64,000 bases of DNA from Camelus dromedarius (taxonomy: Eukaryota): the NCBI RefSeq assembly GCF_036321535.1, contig NC_087437.1, positions 2,170,001 to 2,234,000 on the forward strand, read 5' to 3'. A program made the position numbers and the translations under genes. The notes beneath the pieces are model-generated. The model worked only from the letters and a program-made list of their open reading frames with translations, had not been told where the DNA came from and searched no databases. Position 1 is the first letter of the stretch; each line of letters begins with the position of its first letter. Shown piece by piece: positions 21,401 through 35,099 of this stretch.

Positions 21401-23817
21401 TCCTCCTCCTCATTCATTATATAGGTAGGCAGATACATATATAGACAGACACACACACACACATACACACACTAGCCTCTTCCTACTCCTCAATTATGTA
21501 GGTAGAGAGACACACTAATCTCCTCCTCCATTAGATAATACATAGACAAACTTAATACATTTTTCTCCTCCTCCATTAGATAGATGGAAAGTGAGATTGA
21601 CCGATACACCCAGTAGCCGCTACCTTCTCCTGTTAGAGATACCGAGAGATAGCCAGACACATGGGATTATTTCTTCTTCTCCATTTGATATAGATAGAGA
21701 CACACTCACAGACACACAGACAGACAGACACACTACTCTTCTCCTGCTCTGACAGACAGAGAGATAGACACTCTAGCCTCCTCCTTCTTCTCGAATACAT
21801 ACAGCTGCATAGATAGATATCTCCTATATAGACAGACAGACTTACTAGCTTACTCCTCGTCCATTCGATGCACACATAGACTGTTAGACAGACACAGTAG
21901 CCTCTTCCCCTCTTTGTTACACATACTTTGATAAAGAGACCCGCACGCACACACACACACACATACACACAGGCTAGCATCCTCCTCTTCCTCAAGTAGG
22001 TAGATAGGGAGATAGAAACACTAAATTCCTGCTCCGACAGACACACAAATAAAAAGACACACTTGCCTACTGCTGTGCCTGAACTACATAGGTCGATTTT
22101 TACACAGATTGATAGATACACAGATAGATAGAGAGATAGATAGGTAGAGAGGCAGGCAAATGGAGAGACATAATTTTCGCCTCCTCCTCCAGTAGATATA
22201 TAGACAGACACACACATAGTCTAGCCTCTCGCATCCTCCAATAGATAGACAATCAGCCAGGCAGTCAGACAGACTGACACACGTGAGGCGCTGTGCAGTT
22301 TGGGGTTGGGTTTCAGCGGCGTCCACCGGGGACAGTTGTGCCCCTGGCGAGTCATAGGATTTTATCCCATGTCCCTAGCTGCCTTGCCTGCGGGCGGCCC
22401 CCGCTCCCCCAAATTCGACGAACTGAAGCTTTCAAGTTAGCCTGCTCGTGGCAGCAGGCGTTGTAAGGAAAGTGGAAGAGGTCAGCGGCAGCTCCGGAAG
22501 CGGCAGAGCATCTAAGGGGGATGCCTTGGCGAATCGGTCATTTTCCTCCCATTTCCCCCTCTCCTGGCCTCGGGGCAGCCTCTGCTACCGCAGGAGTGCG
22601 GGATTTCGTTGTCCTTCTCAGCCAGGTCCTAGGAAGCTGTCGAGGTGTGCTCAGGGAACAGGGATTTTACTTCTAGAGGACTGCCTCGGGTGAGCCGATC
22701 AGTTTGCTCCCATCTCCAAAAGCGCCTGGCCTGGGGGCGGCCTCTCCTTCCCCAGGTTCCCAGTATGCATGTTTCCAGCTCAGCCTGTGCCCTTAGGCAG
22801 GCGCGGTGTTCTTAGGGGCTGCATTGAGGAGGCGGGGCTGCTCCACCGAGCCCGTGTATTTGCACAGATCTCCCCGTTGACCGGTCCTAGGGTTGGTCTC
22901 TGCTACCCTAGTTACACGATGTACACATCTCGGTGTTTTCCGGCTCCCGGGAGGCAAGTGCGGGGTGGTCAGGGGGCGGGGTGGGGGGTTGGAGTGGCGG
23001 TGGCGCCTACACAGAGGGAAGAAGAGGGATGCACGGGCTGTCCAGGGAAGCCTGTGGATTTCCATCCAGTGTCCCCCTCGGCGTGCAATAAGGGCGCCCT
23101 CTGCTGCTTCAGGGTGGGATTTGGCAACCCTCCAGCTGGGCCTAATAAAGGGAGGCTTCCTCCATTAGAGAGAGAGACATAAAATAGACAGACAGACACA
23201 CTAGCCTCTTCCTCCATTTAGAAACACCCATATGTCTTAACCTTCTCCTCCTAATCCATTATATAGGTAGACAGATACATACATAGACAGACAGACAGAC
23301 AGACACACACACACACACAAACCCAAACCCACACACAACCTTCCCTCCTACCAGTCCTCAATTAAGTAGGTAGAGAGACACACTAATCGCCTTCTCCATT
23401 AGATAATAAACAGACAAACGGTATAGACTATTTCTACTCCTCATTTAGATAGATGGAATGTGAGACTGACGCATTCACACACTAGCCTCTACCTTCTCCT
23501 GTTAGAGAGACAGACAGATAGCCAGACTCATGAAATCCTCCATCTTCTCCATTAGATATACATAGAGAAATCTCTAAGATGCACAGTGAGACAAACACTA
23601 GTCTTCTCCTCCTCTGACAGGCCGAGGGATAGATAATCAAGCCTCCTCATTCTTTTCCATTAGGTATAGTTACATACATACATATCTGATAATAGACAGC
23701 CAGACAGACATACTAGCCTACTCTTCCTCCATCAGATACATACATAGACTGATAGACAGATACAGTAGGCTCCTCCCCCTTTAGATACAGATACATAGAT
23801 AGACATCCCCACGAGCC

Positions 23818-23858
<41 letters not shown>

Positions 23859-24017
23859 GCCTTCTCCTCTTCCTCAAAGAGCTAGATAGTTATATAGACA
23901 CACTAAAATTCTACTCCAACAGACAGAATTTTAAATGACACACTATCTTACTGCTATGCCTCCCCACATAGATAGATAGCTAGCCAGATCGATAGAGAGG
24001 CAGGCAAATAGAGAGTC
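18474..24017. repeat. HOR4, A-B-C (5544 bp)
   Basis: Anchor spacing; G12 run in B; rare SNPs at 19261 and 21079. Confidence 0.97.
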
Positions 24018-27000
24018 ATACTAGTCGCCTCCTCCTCCGTTGGAGAGACAGACAGACACACACATAGTCTAGCTTCAACCATCCTCCAATAGATAGTCAT
24101 TCAGGCAAGCAGTCAAACAGACAGACACACCAGAGGCGGGGTGCCGTCTGCCTACCTGGTTCGGCGGCGGGGCCCGGGGAAGAGGGTGCCCCTGGTGAAC
24201 CAGAGGATTTTCTCCCATGTCCCTAGCTGCCTTGCCTCTGGGCGGCCTCCGCTAACCCAAGTTCGCCGGACGCAAGCCTTTGAAGTCAGCCTGCTCCTGG
24301 GAGCCGGCGAGGTAAGGACAGGGGAAGTGGTCAGCGGCAGACACGGAGGCGGCCCAGAACGCAAGAGGGATGCCTCGGCGAGTCGGTCATTTTCCTACCA
24401 TCCCCCCTCTCCTGGCCTCGGGGCGGCCTCTGCTACCGCAGGTGTGCGGCAATTAATTCTCCTTGTCAGCCAGGTCCTGGGAGTCTGTCCAGGTGAGCCC
24501 AAGGGACACGGACGTCGCGGGGAGCGGACTGCCTCGGGTTAGCCGATCAGTTTGCTCCCATCCCCACAAGCGCCTGGCCTGGGGGCGGCCTGTCCTGCGC
24601 CAGGTTCAGAGTATGCACGTTTCCAGCTCAGCCAGCCCACCCGAGGCCGGCGCGCTGTGATCAGGGTCTGCAATGAGAAGTCGGGGCTGACTCACCGAGC
24701 CCGTGTATTTGTTCAGATCTCCCTCTTGGCTGGTCCTGGGCTAGGCCTCTACTACCCTAGGTCCACGAGGTGCTCATCTCTGTGTTTTTCAGCTCCGGGG
24801 AAGCCAGTGCGGGGTGGTCAGGGGGCGGGGAGGGGGCGGGGCGGGGGCGGGGCGGGGGCAGCTACAGAGAGGGCTGAAGCGGGATGCACGGGCTGCCCAG
24901 GCAAGCCTGCGGAATTCCATCCAGTGTCCCCCTCGGCCTGCAATGCGGGCGCCCTCTGCTGCTTCAGGGTGGCAATTGGCATCCCTCCAGGTGGGTCGAG
25001 TACTGGGAGGCTTCCTCCTTTAGACAGACAGAGAGACAAATAAAGAGACAGACAGACACACTAGCCTCTTCATCCATTGAGAAACAGCCGTATATCCTAA
25101 CCTCCTCCTCCTCATTCATTATATAGGTAGACAGATACATATATAGACAGACACACACACACACATACACACACTAGCCTCTTCCTACTCCTCAATTAAG
25201 TAGGTAGAGAGACACACTAATCTCCTCCTCCTTTAGATAATACATAGACAAACTTAATACATTTTTCTCCTCCTCCATTAGATAGATGGAAAGTGAGATT
25301 GACCGATACACCCAGTAGCCGCTACCTTCTCCTGTTAGAGATACCGAGAGATAGCCAGACACATGGGATTATTTCTTCTTCTCCATTTGATATAGATAGA
25401 GACACACTCACAGACACACAGACAGACAGACACACTACTCTTCTCCTGCTCTGACAGACAGAGAGATAGACACTCTAGCCTCCTCCTTCTTCTCGAATAC
25501 ATACAGCTGCATAGATAGATATCTCCTATATAGACAGACAGACTTACTAGCTTACTCCTCGTCCATTCGATGCACACATAGACTGTTAGACAGACACAGT
25601 AGCCTCTTCCCCTCTTTGTTACACATACTTTGATAAAGAGACCCGCACGCACACACACACACACATACACACAGGCTAGCATCCTCCTCTTCCTCAAGTA
25701 GGTAGATAGGGAGATAGAAACACTAAATTCCTGCTCCGACAGACACACAAATAAAAAGACACACTTGCCTACTGCTGTGCCTGAACTACATAGGTCGATT
25801 TTTACACAGATTGATAGATACACAGATAGATAGAGAGATAGATAGGTAGAGAGGCAGGCAAATGGAGAGACATAATTTTCGCCTCCTCCTCCAGTAGATA
25901 TATAGACAGACACACACATAGTCTAGCCTCTCGCATCCTCCAATAGATAGACAATCAGCCAGGCAGTCAGACAGACTGACACACGTGAGGCGCTGTGCAG
26001 TTTGGGGTTGGGTTTCAGCGGCGTCCACCGTGGACAGTTGTGCCCCTGGCGAGTCATAGGATTTTATCCCATGTCCCTAGCTGCCTTGCCTGCGGGCGGC
26101 CCCCGCTCCCCCAAATTCGACGGACTGAAGCTTTCAAGTTAGCCTGCTCGTGGCAGCAGGCGTTGTAAGGAAAGTGGAAGAGGTGAGCGGCAGCTCCGGA
26201 AGCGGCAGAGCATCTAAGGGGGATGCCTCGGCGAATCGGTCATTTTCCTCCCATTTCCCCCTCTCCTGGCCTCGGGGCAGCCTCTGCTACCCCAGGAGTG
26301 CGGGATTTCGTTGTCCTTGTCAGCCAGGTCCTAGGAAGCTGTCGAGGTGTGCTCAGGGAACAGGGATGTCGCTTCTAGAGGACTGCCTCGGGTGAGCCGA
26401 TCAGTTTGCTCCCATCTCCACAAGCGCCTGGCCTGGGGGCGGCCTCTCCTTCCCCAGGTTCCCAGTATGCATGTTTCCAGCTCAGCCTGTGCCCTTAGGC
26501 AGGCGCGGTGTTCTTAGGGGCTGCATTGAGGAGGCGGGGCTGCTCCACCGAGCCCGTGTATTTGCACAGATCTCCCCGTTGACCGGTCCTAGGGTTGGTC
26601 TCTGCTACCCTAGGTACACGATGTACACATCTCGTTGTTTTCCGGCCCCCGGGAGGCAAGTGCGGGGTGGTCAGGGGGCGGGGGGGGGGGTGGCGTTGGC
26701 GCCTACACAGAGGGAGGAAGAGGGATGCACGGGCTGTCCAGGGAAGCCTGTGGATTTCCATCCAGTGTCCCCCTCGGCGTGCAATGATGGCACCCTCTGC
26801 TGCTTCAGGGTGACAATTGGCATCCCTCCAGCTGGGCCTAATAAAGGGAGGCTTCCTCCATTAGACAGACAGAGAGACATATAAAGAGACAGACAGACAC
26901 ACTAGCCTCTTCATCCATTGAGAAACAGCCGTATATCCTAACCTCCTCCTCCTCATTCATTATATAGGTAGGCAGATACATATATAGACAGACACACACA

Positions 27001-29360
27001 CACACATACACACACTAGCCTCTTCCTACTCCTCAATTATGTAGGTAGAGAGACACACTAATCTCCTCCTCCATTAGATAATACATAGACAAACTTAATA
27101 CATTTTTCTCCTCCTCCATTAGATAGATGGAAAGTGAGATTGACCGATACACCCAGTAGCCGCTACCTTCTCCTGTTAGAGATACCGAGAGATAGCCAGA
27201 CACATGGGATTATTTCTTCTTCTCCATTTGATATAGATAGAGACACACTCACAGACACACAGACAGACAGACACACTACTCTTCTCCTGCTCTGACAGAC
27301 AGAGAGATAGACACTCTAGCCTCCTCCTTCTTCTCGAATACATACAGCTGCATAGATAGATATCTCCTATATAGACAGACAGACTTACTAGCTTACTCCT
27401 CGTCCATTCGATGCACACATAGACTGTTAGACAGACACAGTAGCCTCTTCCCCTCTTTGTTACACATACTTTGATAAAGAGACCCGCACGCACACACACA
27501 CACACATACACACAGGCTAGCATCCTCCTCTTCCTCAAGTAGGTAGATAGGGAGATAGAAACACTAAATTCCTGCTCCGACAGACACACAAATAAAAAGA
27601 CACACTTGCCTACTGCTGTGCCTGAACTACATAGGTCGATTTTTACACAGATTGATAGATACACAGATAGATAGAGAGATAGATAGGTAGAGAGGCAGGC
27701 AAATGGAGAGACATAATTTTCGCCTCCTCCTCCAGTAGATATATAGACAGACACACACATAGTCTAGCCTCTCGCATCCTCCAATAGATAGACAATCAGC
27801 CAGGCAGTCAGACAGACTGACACACGTGAGGCGCTGTGCAGTTTGGGGTTGGGTTTCAGCGGCGTCCACCGGGGACAGTTGTGCCCCTGGCGAGTCATAG
27901 GATTTTATCCCATGTCCCTAGCTGCCTTGCCTGCGGGCGGCCCCCGCTCCCCCAAATTCGACGAACTGAAGCTTTCAAGTTAGCCTGCTCGTGGCAGCAG
28001 GCGTTGTAAGGAAAGTGGAAGAGGTCAGCGGCAGCTCCGGAAGCGGCAGAGCATCTAAGGGGGATGCCTTGGCGAATCGGTCATTTTCCTCCCATTTCCC
28101 CCTCTCCTGGCCTCGGGGCAGCCTCTGCTACCGCAGGAGTGCGGGATTTCGTTGTCCTTCTCAGCCAGGTCCTAGGAAGCTGTCGAGGTGTGCTCAGGGA
28201 ACAGGGATTTTACTTCTAGAGGACTGCCTCGGGTGAGCCGATCAGTTTGCTCCCATCTCCAAAAGCGCCTGGCCTGGGGGCGGCCTCTCCTTCCCCAGGT
28301 TCCCAGTATGCATGTTTCCAGCTCAGCCTGTGCCCTTAGGCAGGCGCGGTGTTCTTAGGGGCTGCATTGAGGAGGCGGGGCTGCTCCACCGAGCCCGTGT
28401 ATTTGCACAGATCTCCCCGTTGACCGGTCCTAGGGTTGGTCTCTGCTACCCTAGTTACACGATGTACACATCTCGGTGTTTTCCGGCTCCCGGGAGGCAA
28501 GTGCGGGGTGGTCAGGGGGCGGGGTGGGGGGTTGGAGTGGCGGTGGCGCCTACACAGAGGGAAGAAGAGGGATGCACGGGCTGTCCAGGGAAGCCTGTGG
28601 ATTTCCATCCAGTGTCCCCCTCGGCGTGCAATAAGGGCGCCCTCTGCTGCTTCAGGGTGGGATTTGGCAACCCTCCAGCTGGGCCTAATAAAGGGAGGCT
28701 TCCTCCATTAGAGAGAGAGACATAAAATAGACAGACAGACACACTAGCCTCTTCCTCCATTTAGAAACACCCATATGTCTTAACCTTCTCCTCCTAATCC
28801 ATTATATAGGTAGACAGATACATACATAGACAGACAGACAGACAGACACACACACACACACAAACCCAAACCCACACACAACCTTCCCTCCTACCAGTCC
28901 TCAATTAAGTAGGTAGAGAGACACACTAATCGCCTTCTCCATTAGATAATAAACAGACAAACGGTATAGACTATTTCTACTCCTCATTTAGATAGATGGA
29001 ATGTGAGACTGACGCATTCACACACTAGCCTCTACCTTCTCCTGTTAGAGAGACAGACAGATAGCCAGACTCATGAAATCCTCCATCTTCTCCATTAGAT
29101 ATACATAGAGAAATCTCTAAGATGCACAGTGAGACAAACACTAGTCTTCTCCTCCTCTGACAGGCCGAGGGATAGATAATCAAGCCTCCTCATTCTTTTC
29201 CATTAGGTATAGTTACATACATACATATCTGATAATAGACAGCCAGACAGACATACTAGCCTACTCTTCCTCCATCAGATACATACATAGACTGATAGAC
29301 AGATACAGTAGGCTCCTCCCCCTTTAGATACAGATACATAGATAGACATCCCCACGAGCC

Positions 29361-29401
<41 letters not shown>

Positions 29402-29560
29402 GCCTTCTCCTCTTCCTCAAAGAGCTAGATAGTTATATAGACACACTAAAATTCTACTCCAACAGACAGAATTTTAAATGACACACTATCTTACTGCTAT
29501 GCCTCCCCACATAGATAGATAGCTAGCCAGATCGATAGAGAGGCAGGCAAATAGAGAGTC
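24018..29560. repeat. HOR5, A-B-C (5543 bp)
   Basis: Anchor spacing; marker ORFs at 24141, 26150 and 27991. Confidence 0.97.
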
Positions 29561-32500
29561 ATACTAGTCGCCTCCTCCTCCGTTGGAGAGACAGACAGAC
29601 ACACACATAGTCTAGCTTCAACCATCCTCCAATAGATAGTCATTCAGGCAAGCAGTCAAACAGACAGACACACCAGAGGCGGGGTGCCGTCTGCCTACCT
29701 GGTTCGGCGGCGGGGCCCGGGGAAGAGGGTGCCCCTGGTGAACCAGAGGATTTTCTCCCATGTCCCTAGCTGCCTTGCCTCTGGGCGGCCTCCGCTAACC
29801 CAAGTTCGCCGGACGCAAGCCTTTGAAGTCAGCCTGCTCCTGGGAGCCGGCGAGGTAAGGACAGGGGAAGTGGTCAGCGGCAGACACGGAGGCGGCCCAG
29901 AACGCAAGAGGGATGCCTCGGCGAGTCGGTCATTTTCCTACCATCCCCCCTCTCCTGGCCTCGGGGCGGCCTCTGCTACCGCAGGTGTGCGGCAATTAAT
30001 TCTCCTTGTCAGCCAGGTCCTGGGAGTCTGTCCAGGTGAGCCCAAGGGACACGGACGTCGCGGGGAGCGGACTGCCTCGGGTTAGCCGATCAGTTTGCTC
30101 CCATCCCCACAAGCGCCTGGCCTGGGGGCGGCCTGTCCTGCGCCAGGTTCAGAGTATGCACGTTTCCAGCTCAGCCAGCCCACCCGAGGCCGGCGCGCTG
30201 TGATCAGGGTCTGCAATGAGAAGTCGGGGCTGACTCACCGAGCCCGTGTATTTGTTCAGATCTCCCTCTTGGCTGGTCCTGGGCTAGGCCTCTACTACCC
30301 TAGGTCCACGAGGTGCTCATCTCTGTGTTTTTCAGCTCCGGGGAAGCCAGTGCGGGGTGGTCAGGGGGCGGGGAGGGGGCGGGGCGGGGGCGGGGCGGGG
30401 GCAGCTACAGAGAGGGCTGAAGCGGGATGCACGGGCTGCCCAGGCAAGCCTGCGGAATTCCATCCAGTGTCCCCCTCGGCCTGCAATGCGGGCGCCCTCT
30501 GCTGCTTCAGGGTGGCAATTGGCATCCCTCCAGGTGGGTCGAGTACTGGGAGGCTTCCTCCTTTAGACAGACAGAGAGACAAATAAAGAGACAGACAGAC
30601 ACACTAGCCTCTTCATCCATTGAGAAACAGCCGTATATCCTAACCTCCTCCTCCTCATTCATTATATAGGTAGACAGATACATATATAGACAGACACACA
30701 CACACACATACACACACTAGCCTCTTCCTACTCCTCAATTAAGTAGGTAGAGAGACACACTAATCTCCTCCTCCTTTAGATAATACATAGACAAACTTAA
30801 TACATTTTTCTCCTCCTCCATTAGATAGATGGAAAGTGAGATTGACCGATACACCCAGTAGCCGCTACCTTCTCCTGTTAGAGATACCGAGAGATAGCCA
30901 GACACATGGGATTATTTCTTCTTCTCCATTTGATATAGATAGAGACACACTCACAGACACACAGACAGACAGACACACTACTCTTCTCCTGCTCTGACAG
31001 ACAGAGAGATAGACACTCTAGCCTCCTCCTTCTTCTCGAATACATACAGCTGCATAGATAGATATCTCCTATATAGACAGACAGACTTACTAGCTTACTC
31101 CTCGTCCATTCGATGCACACATAGACTGTTAGACAGACACAGTAGCCTCTTCCCCTCTTTGTTACACATACTTTGATAAAGAGACCCGCACGCACACACA
31201 CACACACATACACACAGGCTAGCATCCTCCTCTTCCTCAAGTAGGTAGATAGGGAGATAGAAACACTAAATTCCTGCTCCGACAGACACACAAATAAAAA
31301 GACACACTTGCCTACTGCTGTGCCTGAACTACATAGGTCGATTTTTACACAGATTGATAGATACACAGATAGATAGAGAGATAGATAGGTAGAGAGGCAG
31401 GCAAATGGAGAGACATAATTTTCGCCTCCTCCTCCAGTAGATATATAGACAGACACACACATAGTCTAGCCTCTCGCATCCTCCAATAGATAGACAATCA
31501 GCCAGGCAGTCAGACAGACTGACACACGTGAGGCGCTGTGCAGTTTGGGGTTGGGTTTCAGCGGCGTCCACCGTGGACAGTTGTGCCCCTGGCGAGTCAT
31601 AGGATTTTATCCCATGTCCCTAGCTGCCTTGCCTGCGGGCGGCCCCCGCTCCCCCAAATTCGACGGACTGAAGCTTTCAAGTTAGCCTGCTCGTGGCAGC
31701 AGGCGTTGTAAGGAAAGTGGAAGAGGTGAGCGGCAGCTCCGGAAGCGGCAGAGCATCTAAGGGGGATGCCTCGGCGAATCGGTCATTTTCCTCCCATTTC
31801 CCCCTCTCCTGGCCTCGGGGCAGCCTCTGCTACCCCAGGAGTGCGGGATTTCGTTGTCCTTGTCAGCCAGGTCCTAGGAAGCTGTCGAGGTGTGCTCAGG
31901 GAACAGGGATGTCGCTTCTAGAGGACTGCCTCGGGTGAGCCGATCAGTTTGCTCCCATCTCCACAAGCGCCTGGCCTGGGGGCGGCCTCTCCTTCCCCAG
32001 GTTCCCAGTATGCATGTTTCCAGCTCAGCCTGTGCCCTTAGGCAGGCGCGGTGTTCTTAGGGGCTGCATTGAGGAGGCGGGGCTGCTCCACCGAGCCCGT
32101 GTATTTGCACAGATCTCCCCGTTGACCGGTCCTAGGGTTGGTCTCTGCTACCCTAGGTACACGATGTACACATCTCGTTGTTTTCCGGCCCCCGGGAGGC
32201 AAGTGCGGGGTGGTCAGGGGGCGGGGGGGGGGGTGGCGTTGGCGCCTACACAGAGGGAGGAAGAGGGATGCACGGGCTGTCCAGGGAAGCCTGTGGATTT
32301 CCATCCAGTGTCCCCCTCGGCGTGCAATGATGGCACCCTCTGCTGCTTCAGGGTGACAATTGGCATCCCTCCAGCTGGGCCTAATAAAGGGAGGCTTCCT
32401 CCATTAGACAGACAGAGAGACATATAAAGAGACAGACAGACACACTAGCCTCTTCATCCATTGAGAAACAGCCGTATATCCTAACCTCCTCCTCCTCATT

Positions 32501-34903
32501 CATTATATAGGTAGGCAGATACATATATAGACAGACACACACACACACATACACACACTAGCCTCTTCCTACTCCTCAATTATGTAGGTAGAGAGACACA
32601 CTAATCTCCTCCTCCATTAGATAATACATAGACAAACTTAATACATTTTTCTCCTCCTCCATTAGATAGATGGAAAGTGAGATTGACCGATACACCCAGT
32701 AGCCGCTACCTTCTCCTGTTAGAGATACCGAGAGATAGCCAGACACATGGGATTATTTCTTCTTCTCCATTTGATATAGATAGAGACACACTCACAGACA
32801 CACAGACAGACAGACACACTACTCTTCTCCTGCTCTGACAGACAGAGAGATAGACACTCTAGCCTCCTCCTTCTTCTCGAATACATACAGCTGCATAGAT
32901 AGATATCTCCTATATAGACAGACAGACTTACTAGCTTACTCCTCGTCCATTCGATGCACACATAGACTGTTAGACAGACACAGTAGCCTCTTCCCCTCTT
33001 TGTTACACATACTTTGATAAAGAGACCCGCACGCACACACACACACACATACACACAGGCTAGCATCCTCCTCTTCCTCAAGTAGGTAGATAGGGAGATA
33101 GAAACACTAAATTCCTGCTCCGACAGACACACAAATAAAAAGACACACTTGCCTACTGCTGTGCCTGAACTACATAGGTCGATTTTTACACAGATTGATA
33201 GATACACAGATAGATAGAGAGATAGATAGGTAGAGAGGCAGGCAAATGGAGAGACATAATTTTCGCCTCCTCCTCCAGTAGATATATAGACAGACACACA
33301 CATAGTCTAGCCTCTCGCATCCTCCAATAGATAGACAATCAGCCAGGCAGTCAGACAGACTGACACACGTGAGGCGCTGTGCAGTTTGGGGTTGGGTTTC
33401 AGCGGCGTCCACCGGGGACAGTTGTGCCCCTGGCGAGTCATAGGATTTTATCCCATGTCCCTAGCTGCCTTGCCTGCGGGCGGCCCCCGCTCCCCCAAAT
33501 TCGACGAACTGAAGCTTTCAAGTTAGCCTGCTCGTGGCAGCAGGCGTTGTAAGGAAAGTGGAAGAGGTCAGCGGCAGCTCCGGAAGCGGCAGAGCATCTA
33601 AGGGGGATGCCTTGGCGAATCGGTCATTTTCCTCCCATTTCCCCCTCTCCTGGCCTCGGGGCAGCCTCTGCTACCGCAGGAGTGCGGGATTTCGTTGTCC
33701 TTCTCAGCCAGGTCCTAGGAAGCTGTCGAGGTGTGCTCAGGGAACAGGGATTTTACTTCTAGAGGACTGCCTCGGGTGAGCCGATCAGTTTGCTCCCATC
33801 TCCAAAAGCGCCTGGCCTGGGGGCGGCCTCTCCTTCCCCAGGTTCCCAGTATGCATGTTTCCAGCTCAGCCTGTGCCCTTAGGCAGGCGCGGTGTTCTTA
33901 GGGGCTGCATTGAGGAGGCGGGGCTGCTCCACCGAGCCCGTGTATTTGCACAGATCTCCCCGTTGACCGGTCCTAGGGTTGGTCTCTGCTACCCTAGTTA
34001 CACGATGTACACATCTCGGTGTTTTCCGGCTCCCGGGAGGCAAGTGCGGGGTGGTCAGGGGGCGGGGTGGGGGGTTGGAGTGGCGGTGGCGCCTACACAG
34101 AGGGAAGAAGAGGGATGCACGGGCTGTCCAGGGAAGCCTGTGGATTTCCATCCAGTGTCCCCCTCGGCGTGCAATAAGGGCGCCCTCTGCTGCTTCAGGG
34201 TGGGATTTGGCAACCCTCCAGCTGGGCCTAATAAAGGGAGGCTTCCTCCATTAGAGAGAGAGACATAAAATAGACAGACAGACACACTAGCCTCTTCCTC
34301 CATTTAGAAACACCCATATGTCTTAACCTTCTCCTCCTAATCCATTATATAGGTAGACAGATACATACATAGACAGACAGACAGACAGACACACACACAC
34401 ACACAAACCCAAACCCACACACAACCTTCCCTCCTACCAGTCCTCAATTAAGTAGGTAGAGAGACACACTAATCGCCTTCTCCATTAGATAATAAACAGA
34501 CAAACGGTATAGACTATTTCTACTCCTCATTTAGATAGATGGAATGTGAGACTGACGCATTCACACACTAGCCTCTACCTTCTCCTGTTAGAGAGACAGA
34601 CAGATAGCCAGACTCATGAAATCCTCCATCTTCTCCATTAGATATACATAGAGAAATCTCTAAGATGCACAGTGAGACAAACACTAGTCTTCTCCTCCTC
34701 TGACAGGCCGAGGGATAGATAATCAAGCCTCCTCATTCTTTTCCATTAGGTATAGTTACATACATACATATCTGATAATAGACAGCCAGACAGACATACT
34801 AGCCTACTCTTCCTCCATCAGATACATACATAGACTGATAGACAGATACAGTAGGCTCCTCCCCCTTTAGATACAGATACATAGATAGACATCCCCACGA
34901 GCC

Positions 34904-34939
<36 letters not shown>

Positions 34940-35099
34940 AGCCTTCTCCTCTTCCTCAAAGAGCTAGATAGTTATATAGACACACTAAAATTCTACTCCA
35001 ACAGACAGAATTTTAAATGACACACTATCTTACTGCTATGCCTCCCCACATAGATAGATAGCTAGCCAGATCGATAGAGAGGCAGGCAAATAGAGAGTC
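29561..35099. repeat. HOR6, A-B-C (5539 bp; CA tract 4 bp shorter)
   Basis: Anchor spacing of 5539; shorter (CA)n near 34914-34939. Confidence 0.96.
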